DNA from: Octopus bimaculoides
Lineage: Eukaryota
Assembly: GCF_001194135.2 (NCBI RefSeq)
Contig: NC_068983.1
Span: 69,502,819 to 69,566,818 of the forward strand
Direction: 5' to 3'
DNA length: 64,000 nt
Positions within the stretch are counted from its first letter, which is position 1. Every line of letters starts with the position of its first letter. A program made the position numbers and the translations under genes. Shown piece by piece: positions 1-11,139 of the stretch. The notes below the pieces were generated by a model that was not told the DNA's origin, did not search any database, and worked only from the letters and a program-made list of their open reading frames with translations.

Positions 1-194
1 TGCTTAATAATTTTACGCAAAACAGCCTTCAGACTTTCCCTATTAATTTCATCGTCTTTTGAATTATGAACATATTTACATCATAAGGGTTTTTTCGTTG
101 TAAGGCTTTCTTTTTTAGTTGATTTTCAGCTAGCAAGACTTATCGTAGATGGCATAATAAGTCACACCCGGACAAGGTTGGGTTATACTGCTAG

Positions 195-226
<32 letters not shown>

Positions 227-884
227 TGCATGTATATGGTAATTGCCCCATTTTCACTGGTGATTGCTGCCCCCTTGTGCTTCCTTGTTTTCAAAGGCAT
301 TTCTGACCTCATGGATGGCTTCAGTCCTGCTGCAGATTTGCATTGTTTGAAGCTTAGGTGACAGAAACAAAAGTTGTAACACACCGTGTGCTTCCAACTG
401 GTTAGGTCTGGTCTGCACATGTTACCACTCTTCAATTACGATAGGACTTTCAGTAGATGGAATAACATGAGGTCACCATAAAGATACATCTGTATGCCAT
501 TGGATTACAGCGATAAATGTTTATACAACATGAGTACCACTCATTGAGTCTCTGTGGTTAGTAACTGGTGACAAGCCAAAGTGAAATGACTAGTAATCAC
601 ATGAAACTGCAAGTTTTACGTCTCTGTCTCACTCCTAGAAGGATGCTGTAGCAACAGCTAGGGGTCCCTCACTCCCAGTGGTTTTACTGTGCACTCTTAC
701 TCCAAACATAGCCACTTCTGTGTCTAGATAGATTGTCATCACAAATGCTAGTTACTGCATAGCTGGGATCCTGACAGTTGCTACACTCAGAGTCAGAGTG
801 GACCCGGAAACATTTGTGGCTAACTCCCGAGTTAGAGCAACACTACTGGGTGCAATTTAAAAACATATCTTCAGGACATGTATT

Positions 885-938
<54 letters not shown>

Positions 939-1404
939 TGTGTATAGAATGCTTGAAGTGGTATACAGATAATGTATATGAGAAAAAGGAGGCAGTCAGC
1001 ATTTTGGATAATTCTGTATTAACACTTTCGTTCGTTAACCAAAATCTCCAAGACAAAAATTAATACCAAAATTATGTTTGGTTTTAATTTTTCTCAATAT
1101 ATATGCAAACATACATCCATGAAAGTATGGAAAATTGGATGTTAAAACAATGATGATGATGATAAAAAAACACTAAATGCAAGTGGTTTCTAAGTTGTTG
1201 AAGGAGTTAATGTTCTTTAGTCTTATTGAGAGCAAGGCAGCCTCTATAGTGCTGGTGCCATAAAAAAAAATTACATCCAGTACACTCTGTGAAGGGGTTG
1301 GTGTTAGGAATGGCATTGAAGCAAGAAATAGTTTTCCATCCTGTTGAAACATCCAACTCATGCTGGCATATAAAATGACAATCTTGATGATGACAAATAT
1401 ATAT

Positions 1405-1411
1405 CTCTCTG

Positions 1412-1450
<39 letters not shown>

Positions 1451-1572
1451 CTATCTATCTATCTATCCGTCTCTATCTATCTCTTTATTTCTCTATCTAT
1501 CTATTTATCTGTCTGTCTAATTTCTGTCTATCTATCTATCTATCTGTCTCTATCTATCTTTCTATCTATCTA
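1405..1572. repeat. (TATC)n microsatellite; many other (TA)n, (CA)n, (TATG)n, (GAT)n, (TAA)n and (TC)n tracts occur across the window
   Basis: Directly visible simple repeats (e.g. 887-932, 2000-2115, 2925-2990, 16375-16433, 39793-39880, 49951-49995, 50450-50483). Confidence 0.95.
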
Positions 1573-1839
1573 TGTGTATATGTGTGCATGTGTGTATTAA
1601 TTTTTGTGAGATGGTGGACTCACCTGTTATAAACAACAGGTGAGGGTTCCGTGATTTCTTGCTGAGCAACCTGCAGAGAGGATTTGTTTGTTGTGATCAA
1701 ATGTTTATATACTGTACCTTAGCTCACTACTCTTATCAAATTGAAATTGCTTGTATCGGTGCATGATGTGCCATATTTGAGGTGTGGAAGTGATTTGTAT
1801 GTAGGTATATATGTATATATATGAAAGAGCACATGAGAG

Positions 1840-2230
1840 GCATCACTTCTCTGTCACAATAAACAGCTTCACCTGCAGCAGATGTTATCGCTGCTGCAGA
1901 TCAAGAGCAGGCCTTGTTGTTCACATGCAAGCCTGCCAGAAATTATTACTGAACGAGAACAGTCAATGTTGACAGCTGACGACAATATATGTTTGTATGT
2001 CTATCTTTATGTATGTATGTGTATATGTATGTATGTGTGTGTATATATATATATATGTGTGTGTATATGTATGCATGTATGTATGTGTATATGTATGCAT
2101 GTATGTATGTGTATATGCGATTTAAGGACTGTTTCAAGTCCTCATTAAAGGCCTGTGATATACAGGAGACTGACTGGAAAGCAGTGCATGTCATCACCAC
2201 AGATGGAGGAGACAGGTTAAAGAGGTGTAA
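1840..2230 (+). mobile_element. Fragments of a second RTE (BovB-like) ORF2 C-terminus
   Basis: FTCSRCYRCCRSRAGLVVHMQAC zinc finger at 1868-1940; RFKDCFKSSLKACDIQETDW at about 2117-2180. Confidence 0.6.
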
Positions 2231-2434
2231 ACTCCTTCGAAAAAGCACTGCTTTCAAGTCGGTCTCCTGTATATCACAGGCCTTTAATGAGTGAAAGGCA
2301 GATTGTATGATGCTTGTGTGTAAACAGCTATGCTACATGGCCATGGAACATTGCCTGTGACTGCAGAGGACATGCGAAGGTTTGAAAGAATGAAGCTAGT
2401 ATGCTTCACTGGATGTGCAATATGACAGAGTGTA

Positions 2435-2842
2435 AATGTCTTGAGAGAAAAATTGGATATAAGCAGCATCGGATATAGTGAGCAAGAGAGAAGACCTTGC
2501 TTGTATGTGCAAGTACAGATATGTGAAGAAGTGCCAGAGTCAAGAAGACACGGGATGAGGTGGTGAAGTCTGATCTGTGGATGTTGATTCTCACGGAGGC
2601 AATGACAAGTGACTGAGACCTTTGGTGATTTGGTGTGCTTAAGAAAACATGTCAAGTCAAGTGAGATTGTAGTTGTGGCCTGTGCTGGTTACACATGTGG
2701 AGTGGTTGGCATTAGGAAAGGCATCGAGCCATAGAAACTAATCTGACACAAACTGGAACCTGGTGCAGCTCTCTGGCTTATCATTTCCAGTCAAACTGTC
2801 TAACCTATGCCAGCATGGAAAACAGATGCTAAATGATGATGA
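2435..2842 (+). mobile_element. RTE 3' end, decayed
   Basis: LREKLDI...DEVVKSDL..LTEAMTSD similar to the 13890 copy; same tail. Confidence 0.7.
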
Positions 2843-2946
2843 AGCAGGTAGTTTAGTTGATTGTATCGCATAATCCTCATAATAGAATGATGATGGAGAT
2901 CCATCACCTCCATATACATTCATATATATATATATGTGTGTGTGTG

Positions 2947-2989
<43 letters not shown>

Positions 2990-3169
2990 GTGTACTAAAA
3001 AGCAGTGCATAGTACCAGAATTTTTGACTCTAGTCAAATATAACAGACTACTTGCAATTGTTAGAGTATCCATATTGCAATCTGTACTGGCATTGAGTCA
3101 TATGTATTGCAATCATGGAGTGAAACCAGATAGTCATATTCAAAATATTATTTGGTTTGACCTTCCTGG

Positions 3170-3478
3170 CACATGCAAAGACATTCGAGCGAGATCGTTG
3201 CCAGTGCCACTCGACTGGCTCCTGTGCAGGTGGCATGTAAAATACACCATTTCGAGCGTGGCCTTTGCCAGTACCGCCTGACTGGCCTTCGTGCCGGTGG
3301 CACGTAAAAGCACCCACTACACTCTCTGAGTGGTTGGCATTAGGAAGGGCATCCAGCTGTAGAAACTGCCAAATCAGATTGGAGCCTGGTGTAGCCAAAT
3401 GGTTCACCAGTCCTCAGTCAAATCGACCAACCCATGCTAGCATGGAAAGCGGACGTTAAACGATGATGATGATGATGT
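3170..3478 (+). mobile_element. RTE 3' UTR/tail copy
   Basis: About 56-bp 3' UTR units plus GGCATTAGGAAGGGCATCCAGCTGTAGAAAC...GACGTTAAACGATGATGATG. Confidence 0.8.
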
Positions 3479-4838
3479 ATATATGTATGTATGTATATCA
3501 TTAGTAGTTCATGTATCCAATAAAGAAGCACACTCTAAAGCATTAGAGCCGTAATGTATTTTTTAGGAAGTTAATGTTATGGATAGTCGTAGAGTAACCA
3601 TCGGTTTCCCTCCTATAAAGTGCTTAGCTGTATAGGTGACTTGTCAAATGCAAAATCTTGAATCAGACAAATCGCCAATACTGCTAAACATTATAGGTGT
3701 GAAATCAATGTTCACTCTATGACTGGCCTTAACTACTTTTAACTTCCTAAAATATATATATATATATATAATTGGATACTGGATTCTAGGTTTCTGGTCG
3801 TAACTTTTTATAGGATTGCAACTTTTTTCCTTGCAGTTGGTATTTTGTGCAAGTTCAATACTGCTGCAATACAAGTCCTTTCTATGAATGACTTTTCAAA
3901 CTTTTTGCCTCATATACTCACTGCCTGTTAGAGAGCTTACTTGGCTTTTTATACTGGAATTTTATAATTGGTGGGTATCTCCTCTACAGCAAGACACCTA
4001 ATCTTGTTCCTTCATTCTATTTTAACTTCTCATCACCTTGCATAAAGCCACCTCTCTCAACACTGTACCTTCTTTGTTGTCAGTCTTGTCTTGAGAGTTA
4101 CTAGTGAGATTATCTCACTAGTGCTGGTGTCATGAAATAGCACCTAATATGCTCTGTAATGTCGTTGGCATTAGGAAGGGCATTCAGCTGTAGAAACCAT
4201 ACCAAAACAAGCATCTTTTGGCTTACTGGCTTCTGTCAAATTGTCCAGCCCATGCCAGCATGGAAAACAGTTGCTAAACAATGATGATGATGATGATGCC
4301 ACCGCTACCCTCTGCTTTTTTCCAGATGCCTGTGTTGTATCTTTTGCTGTAGGGAGTTCGCTCTTAAAATTTTATACCAGTTTCTATATTTTGACTGTTA
4401 CATAGAAGAATATTTTTGTGTGCGTACATTGGGTTTTTCAGTGTACAGTTTGGACAACCAGTCTATATGACTTAGAATAAGGATCTTCCGCATAATTAGT
4501 ATGGTATTTTTATCTTCATGTCCTCCATGGTCATAGAATTTATCCTGTTAGTCATTTTCAAGTGGTGACCATTTTAGTAATACACTTACAAGTGATGTGT
4601 CATTATGAATTATATTATACAGATTCTGACTCTGGTATTGCAATACATCTTTATGCATTTATGCATCCAACCTAGAATGTGTTAAAGCTCTAACAACCAA
4701 CTTTAGCATTCGGGTTACTTTTATCAGCACACTGGTGTATTGTATCTAAACTTTGTTACAAGTTATATACATAAATGCATATCTATATCTCTCTCTATAT
4801 ATATTCTGTGCTAAATGAAGAAACGGTGATGAGCGAAA

Positions 4839-5052
4839 ATTCTGTAAATGGTAATGATTATAAGCCTTGAGCTTATAAGCGTTCACCATGTATTGGCTAG
4901 AGAAAATAGTCTAATATTGGGACATATAAGCCCTTGACAGAAGAAAGTACTAATACTGTACCAAACCCATTTATGCCCCAATATTAGGCTATTTTTTTTA
5001 GCCAATACATGGTGATCACTTATAAGCTTATAATTATTATCATTTACAGAAT
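4839..5052. repeat. About 80-bp inverted repeat / foldback MITE in a TA tract
   Basis: Arms 4839-4921 and 4977-5052. Confidence 0.8.
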
Positions 5053-8000
5053 ATATATATAAGAGGTAGAGCTCTTAAATTCCTTGCAAGAGGTCACAGT
5101 GTTAGAGAAAATGAATAAATTATTATTATATACACATCTGTGAGTAGACATTTGATATGAATATAAGGTGCAAATTAGGAATAATAGCTGGTGAATATAT
5201 AAGTAAACAGGGTTGTAATTATCCATTTTCTAGAGGTAATTGAATAGGTAGTTGTATTTTAGGGTTATTATTATGAATGGAAAATAGTTCAATATTTTTA
5301 AAAATATTGTAAGGGGAATTTTGCAAGGGAAAATATATGCAGTAGTTTAAAATTAATGTGTAAATATGTAGATAAAAAAAAAAAAAAACGGATCCAAGGG
5401 AATTGGTGATGGATTGCATTTGTAAGAATTGTATTTATTGGTGTAAAGTTAGTATGGTGTGAGGAGATGCTTCATACATTTCAGGCAAAGTACTTTTTTC
5501 GAGATGGAGTAAAGTCTGGTGTGTTCTTTCTGACTTTGGCCTGTCCCTCATTCAGAACAGAAAAACACATGTACTATATGGTTCTCTTCTCTTTAGAAGG
5601 ACTTTCTGTCTGAAATACTAGAAATTTTCCCTCCCAGTGATATACTAATGTAAGTAATTTTATTTTATAACAATGTATAAACCTATATATAAAACATAAT
5701 ATCATATATGATATATTATATATATATAACATAACATTAGAAATATATATATATATATATATATAACATGATGTATATATATGTATGTGTATGTGTATAT
5801 ATAACATAATATCATATATGGTATATATATACACACACACACATGTATATATAATGGATAAGGTTATTGAATTACTTAATTTTTTAAAAATCTTTTCTCA
5901 ATCTGTGTTGAGATGTAATGTATATAAATATATATATAAGCATTAAAAAAACATTACATCAGTATACCGAAAATGAAAAAAAATAAACATTTCCAAATAT
6001 TTGTATATGCTTGTTTATAGTGAATGTCCACTGAACTACCTTCAAAGTTTGAATATTGTTGCCATGAACTTTGCAGCAGTCACTTAATCTTCTTGACAAA
6101 AGTTTACAGCAAATTTAAGAAAATAATAATCTTGCATTAATAAGAACAATATTAACATTGTTGGTTTAAAATTAATGTTGGACAGAATTAGTAATAAAAT
6201 AATGTTAAACTGAAAAGGCTTTTCATTTTATTTGACTTTGTTTTAAATATATTCTGTTCAAGCCTAATGTTTCAATACATTAGTTCTTGAGCAGTTCTTG
6301 TTATAATTAGGACTATATTATGTAAATAGGTCCTTCTTAATAATTTGAAGTTTTTGGTTCTGTTGGTTGCAGGTTAAATGATCCCATAGAGCTTCCTCGG
6401 TGGTGTGGGATAAGTATATTAATAAATCTGACAGTGAAAAGTATAGTATATTGATTCTCATTATTGTAAGAGCTAATCTGAAAAGTCTTTAGACTGGATG
6501 GTCACAAGAGCTGCTGTAAGCTGGTAAATATTCATTTCCACATTTCCATCAGAATCTGTTGAAGAACTGCAAGTGTTTGGTACCCTCAGTAAATGCACTA
6601 CAGAAAAAAAAAAAGCTGAACGTGAACATGACCCAAACCAAACTAAAGTAAGTATACGGCAGTATCATGGATTAAAGGCTTTGTTACTCTCAGATGCTGC
6701 TATGAAGTTGGTGAAAACAATGGAATCACTGACAGGTTGACAAGAAACAATGGTTGGTGTATCAGCTGCACTGGAGTAGATTAAAGTGTGAGCTATCAAC
6801 TGAAACTATGGAAACGTTTGGATGACTTTCATAACTAAGATTTGTTGTTTAGTATCAAACTTGTCCTGATAATGTGGATATGTGATCAAAAGCATTCGTG
6901 CTATAATCATCCTGTTTTGTTGTCAAAGTGTATACTGGAATATATCATCCAATGTATCATTTCTTTAATATGTCAAGGTATAATTAACATCATTTTCCAG
7001 CATACAAGTTGAATTTTTCAGACCAAAATTTACACCAAAAGAGGTCAACTTATACAGCAAGACGATTTTGGAGAGCTAAAAATTCCATGTGAAATACAGC
7101 AGGATTTGAAAAGATTGTGATGATATTTGAATGTTTATTCTATATGTTTTACACTACATACTACATTGAGTTGTATGCTGGAAAATATAGTTCTTGGCTG
7201 CTCTTTCTAACAGATCAAGAATCAGCAAAGAGACTTTCTTCACCATTGGTTTGTCATAGACCTGTTAACTGGGTGAAATTGTAGAACTTGTGGGATTGGT
7301 ACTAGGCAAAGTGTCATGAAGTTATACAGGGCTGCATTTTGAAAAAGAAAATTTTTTCCTTTTCATGAAAGGCATCCATTTTCACCTAATTTTCGGTATT
7401 TATTTCAAATCTATTCTTAGAACTTACATATCATATCAATTGTTTACAGTAACATATTTTAAAATTTTAGCAATAAAGTGCATATGACATTCATACATTA
7501 GTCAAAGAGAAGTTCCAATAATATGGTATTCCTGTTTTATAGGAAGAGCTAACACTTTTCGCTTATATTTACTACATTAAGTTTATATTTATGAAAATCA
7601 GATACATTTTGGGAAAAAATAATTGGTTTCAAAATTTTGGCACAAGGCCAGCAATTTTATGAGATGGGGTAAGTCATTTTATTGACCCCTAAAGGATGAA
7701 AGGCAAAACTGACCTTAGCAGAAATTGATCTTGGAACACAAAAATGGACAAAATGCCACAAAGCATTTTGTCTGGTGTGCTACTGATTCTGCCAGCTAAC
7801 TGCCTTCATTTTGTAAAAAGCATTATTAAAAGGGTGGAATATTTTGTTACGAACATGTAATCATTCTTACATTAACCATCTAAAATGAGTAAAATACATC
7901 ACATGTCTCTTAAGTTACTTATGTAAAAATAAATAGCATGACATTTAGAGAAGAAATGCATTATCCAACCTACAAAGTCTGTCTTGAACCTTTAAAAATG

Positions 8001-8132
8001 CTGAGTATGTGTAAAAACAAGATTGGTTTAGACTGCACACTGTTTAAGAGAACAGCTTTCTCTTTTTTGGCAGTTAAGCATGATCAGCACATATGCTCTA
8101 CACTGAGCATTTCCATTACTCAACAAAACACT

Positions 8133-8353
8133 TTAACCCTTTAGCTTTCAGATTACTCTGTCAAATGTAATGCTTATTTTTTCACTTTGTTTTGAATTAA
8201 TCATGCATTATCTAGTAGCTGCAAGATTTTGATGATGTGATTGCTTACTTTTAAAATGATGTAGGGGAGGTGTGAGGGGTTGGATTTGACAAGTTTAACA
8301 TAAAACAGCTTTTTTTGAGCCAGATATGACTGGCATATATGCTAAATGGCTAA
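8133..8353 (+). mobile_element. piggyBac-type MITE family 1 (copy 1)
   Basis: TTAA-CCCTTTAGC terminus; similar copies at 10912-11139 (reverse) and 38056-38280. Confidence 0.65.
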
Positions 8354-8420
8354 ACTAGCCTTTATACTGTCAAAGAAGTCACTGTTTGTCTGAATCATAC
8401 CGACATGTCTATGCATTTAA

Positions 8421-8638
8421 TCCTTTTGATACCAACCTGGCTGAAACCGGCTCTGGCACTGAGTACAAATGTTTTGTTTTCATAAGTTTTGAATTAAAAT
8501 CTTCCACCAAATCTTAGTCACAGTTTGTTCCTAATGCTAGCTTAATGATAACTAAGTTATTTTACTAAATTCTTTGTTAGATTTAAATTAATTGAAAGAA
8601 ACACAGAGCAACTCAAAATAAATACAGTAACGAAAGGG
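8421..8638. mobile_element. piggyBac-type MITE family 2
   Basis: TTAA TSD at 8417-8420 and 8639-8642; TIR (T/C)CCTTTTGATAC vs GTAACGAAAGGG; weaker relative at about 36885-37105. Confidence 0.65.
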
Positions 8639-8842
8639 TTAAGAAGCCATTAGCATCATGATAGTAAACAATGTTATTTCCTACACTGAAGAACAGCAAC
8701 AGATCATTTTTCTTTCGCTGAACAAAAATTCAATGTTGTTCTTAGGACCAGCTCCAAAGTTTCTGCCGAGATCACTAAAAGATCTAAATTGAACATTGTC
8801 TTTTAATTCAGACTGATTAGAGGATTTAGGTACCCTGGTATT

Positions 8843-9230
8843 TATTGTTGGCCCTCCATTGCTTACGATGTCGAGGGTTCCAGTTGATCCAATCAACAAA
8901 ACAGCCTGCTTGTGAAATTAACGTGCAAGTGGCTGAGCACTCCACAGACACGTGTACCCTTAACGTAGTTCTCAGGGAGATTCAGCGTGACACAGTGCAA
9001 CAAGGCTGGCCCTTTGAATTACAGGCACAACAGAAACAGGAAGTAAGAGTGAGAGAAAGTTGTGGTGAAAGAGTACAGCAGGGTTCGCCACCATCCCCTG
9101 CCGGAGCCTCGTGGAGTTTTTAGGTGTTTTCGCTCAATAAACACTCACAACGCCCGGTCTGGGAATCGAAACCGCGATCCTATGACCGTGAGTCCGCTGC
9201 CCTAACCACTGGGCCATTGCGCCTCCACTT
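8843..9230 (-). mobile_element. Full-length tRNA-derived SINE with 10-bp TSD
   Basis: Minus-strand head GGAGGCGCAATGGCCCAGTGGTTAGGGCAGCGGACT...GGTTTCGATTCCC (A and B boxes); TSD CCCTGGTATT at 8833-8842 and 9231-9240. Confidence 0.85.
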
Positions 9231-10911
9231 CCCTGGTATTAGCAGATTGCATATAAGCTTCATCCGCAGTACTTCCCATCAAGCATGCAGGACTTAAGTT
9301 CATTAATAACAACCAAGTTACTAAGTACAAGAATAAGAATTTTGATACAATGTAATACTAATCTTATGGATGAAAGCAGGTTTACGTAATCTTTTAGATT
9401 TGGTCTTGAAGTTATGTTCAGAAATCACCACACAGAAACAACAATTTTCCAGATAATTTGTCTGCTCTTTGCAGACCATTGACACACCAAAGTTCATTCA
9501 CTATGTTAATATTTGAACAGGTGATTTAAATTTACAGCGCATGATCAGGAGATAGAGTGAGGAGTCCATGGCTTGTTTTGATTCCCCATTTTTTTTCTCC
9601 TAAATGTGTGCTTATAACAAAATGTGTAACAAGTTGTCACTGCTTTGCTGTTGCAAAAGCTTCACAGCTATTACAGGCCTTAATTGCTTTTCCTATACTC
9701 ACTAGTTGTAAGTAGCCATATTAAATTATATCTTTAACTCAGTAATTACTGACAATTTTAAAAAATACAACATAAAATGTATGCTGGAGTCCCTGAAGCT
9801 TCAACCAACTAATGCTAAAAATATACAAGGAAGCATAATGTTAGTATTGTAATGCAACTATCCTGTGGAAACAAACATACTTCTATAACATTTCAAAGTT
9901 TACAGCCTTATTCTTTATGAGATGGAATTTATCTGTTTAACCTTTTCCAATTGTCATTTGATACTTTTTCTATCTTAACCATCTGAGACCTGGGCTCCTG
10001 TCTCTAACATTACCCTTCACCTGGGCTCCCGAAAAAAAGAAAAAAGTGGCATATACAGCTCAATAGTAACAATTACAGGCAAACAATGGACAGAATTGAC
10101 TGCATTTTCTTTTTTTTACTTGAGTTGTCCATTACCGCTTTATTGAGAATACAGCAGAGATAATGTTTAACCCCTTCCTGTTGTAGTGGAAATACAGAGT
10201 GACAGGGTTACGAATGTATGTCAGTGACTGTCTCTTTTTTAGGGAGTTAATGTGGAAAATGTTTCCTTATATTATGACTGTACTGTATGCTTTATAGTTG
10301 GGGTAGTTATCTGCTTATATTGTTAGCCTTATAGAAGAGCAATGGATACCAGTTAGCAGAACCATTAGAACATTGGACAAAATACCTGACAGATTTTATC
10401 CAGCTCCTTACATTCTAGGTTCCAATCCAGCTAAGGTCAACTTTGCCTTTCATCTTTTCGGGTCTGATAAAATAAAGTACCAGTACTAGTAGAAAATACA
10501 GGGAATGATATAATTGAAAATGTTCTCAAAATTTCTGGCTTTATGCTAAAATTAGAAAGCAAGAATTATTAGGCATACTGAAGGCTGATGGATGGCAGAA
10601 TCATTAGAGAATTGGACAAAACACATAGCAGAATTTGTCCAAGTTCTATACATACTAAGTTCAAACCCTGCTATGGTTGATAAAGTGCAATCCAAGTATT
10701 GGGGTCGATGTAATCATTTTTTCCCTCCTCCAGTTAAGTCTTATTCTCTTATTCTGTCATCATCTCTAGGAGTTACAAGAGATTATCTCAGTTTTCAGAA
10801 AAAAACTTTTGTAGATATCTTTTGTGTTGCTTGTTTCAATCTTTGGACTGTGGCCATGCTGGAGCACCACCTTGAAGGGTTTAATTGAACAAATTGACCC
10901 CAGTACTTCTT

Positions 10912-11139
10912 TTAACCCATTAGTGTTTAAACCGTCCATATCTGGCTCAGATATTTTACCTGTTTTATGTTCAAACCAGCCAGATCCAGCCTCTCACACC
11001 TACCCTTTGATGTCATTCTAAAAACAAACAATCACATCTTTGAAATCTCAAAGCTACAAAATAATCCAGGATTAATTTTCAAAAATGCAAATAAAGAAGC
11101 GTTACATTTGACAAAGTAATCTGAATGCTAAAGGGCGAA
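10912..11139 (-). mobile_element. piggyBac-type MITE family 1 (copy 2), nested in a SINE
   Basis: TTAACCCATTAG...GAATGCTAAAGGG; reverse complement of the 8133 copy. Confidence 0.65.

Noticed and set aside
130-435. 101-aa minus-strand ORF as a gene
   Set aside because: No recognisable domain, it ends in a microsatellite, and it is probably decayed retroelement sequence.
778-2294. YIYIYI / VCVC / LSIY-rich ORFs here and elsewhere
   Set aside because: These are translations of (TA)n, (CA)n and (TATC)n microsatellites.
9150-9228. tRNA-like sequence on the minus strand
   Set aside because: It has A/B boxes but no proper acceptor stem end, and it continues into a SINE body bounded by a TSD. It is a SINE head, not a tRNA gene.
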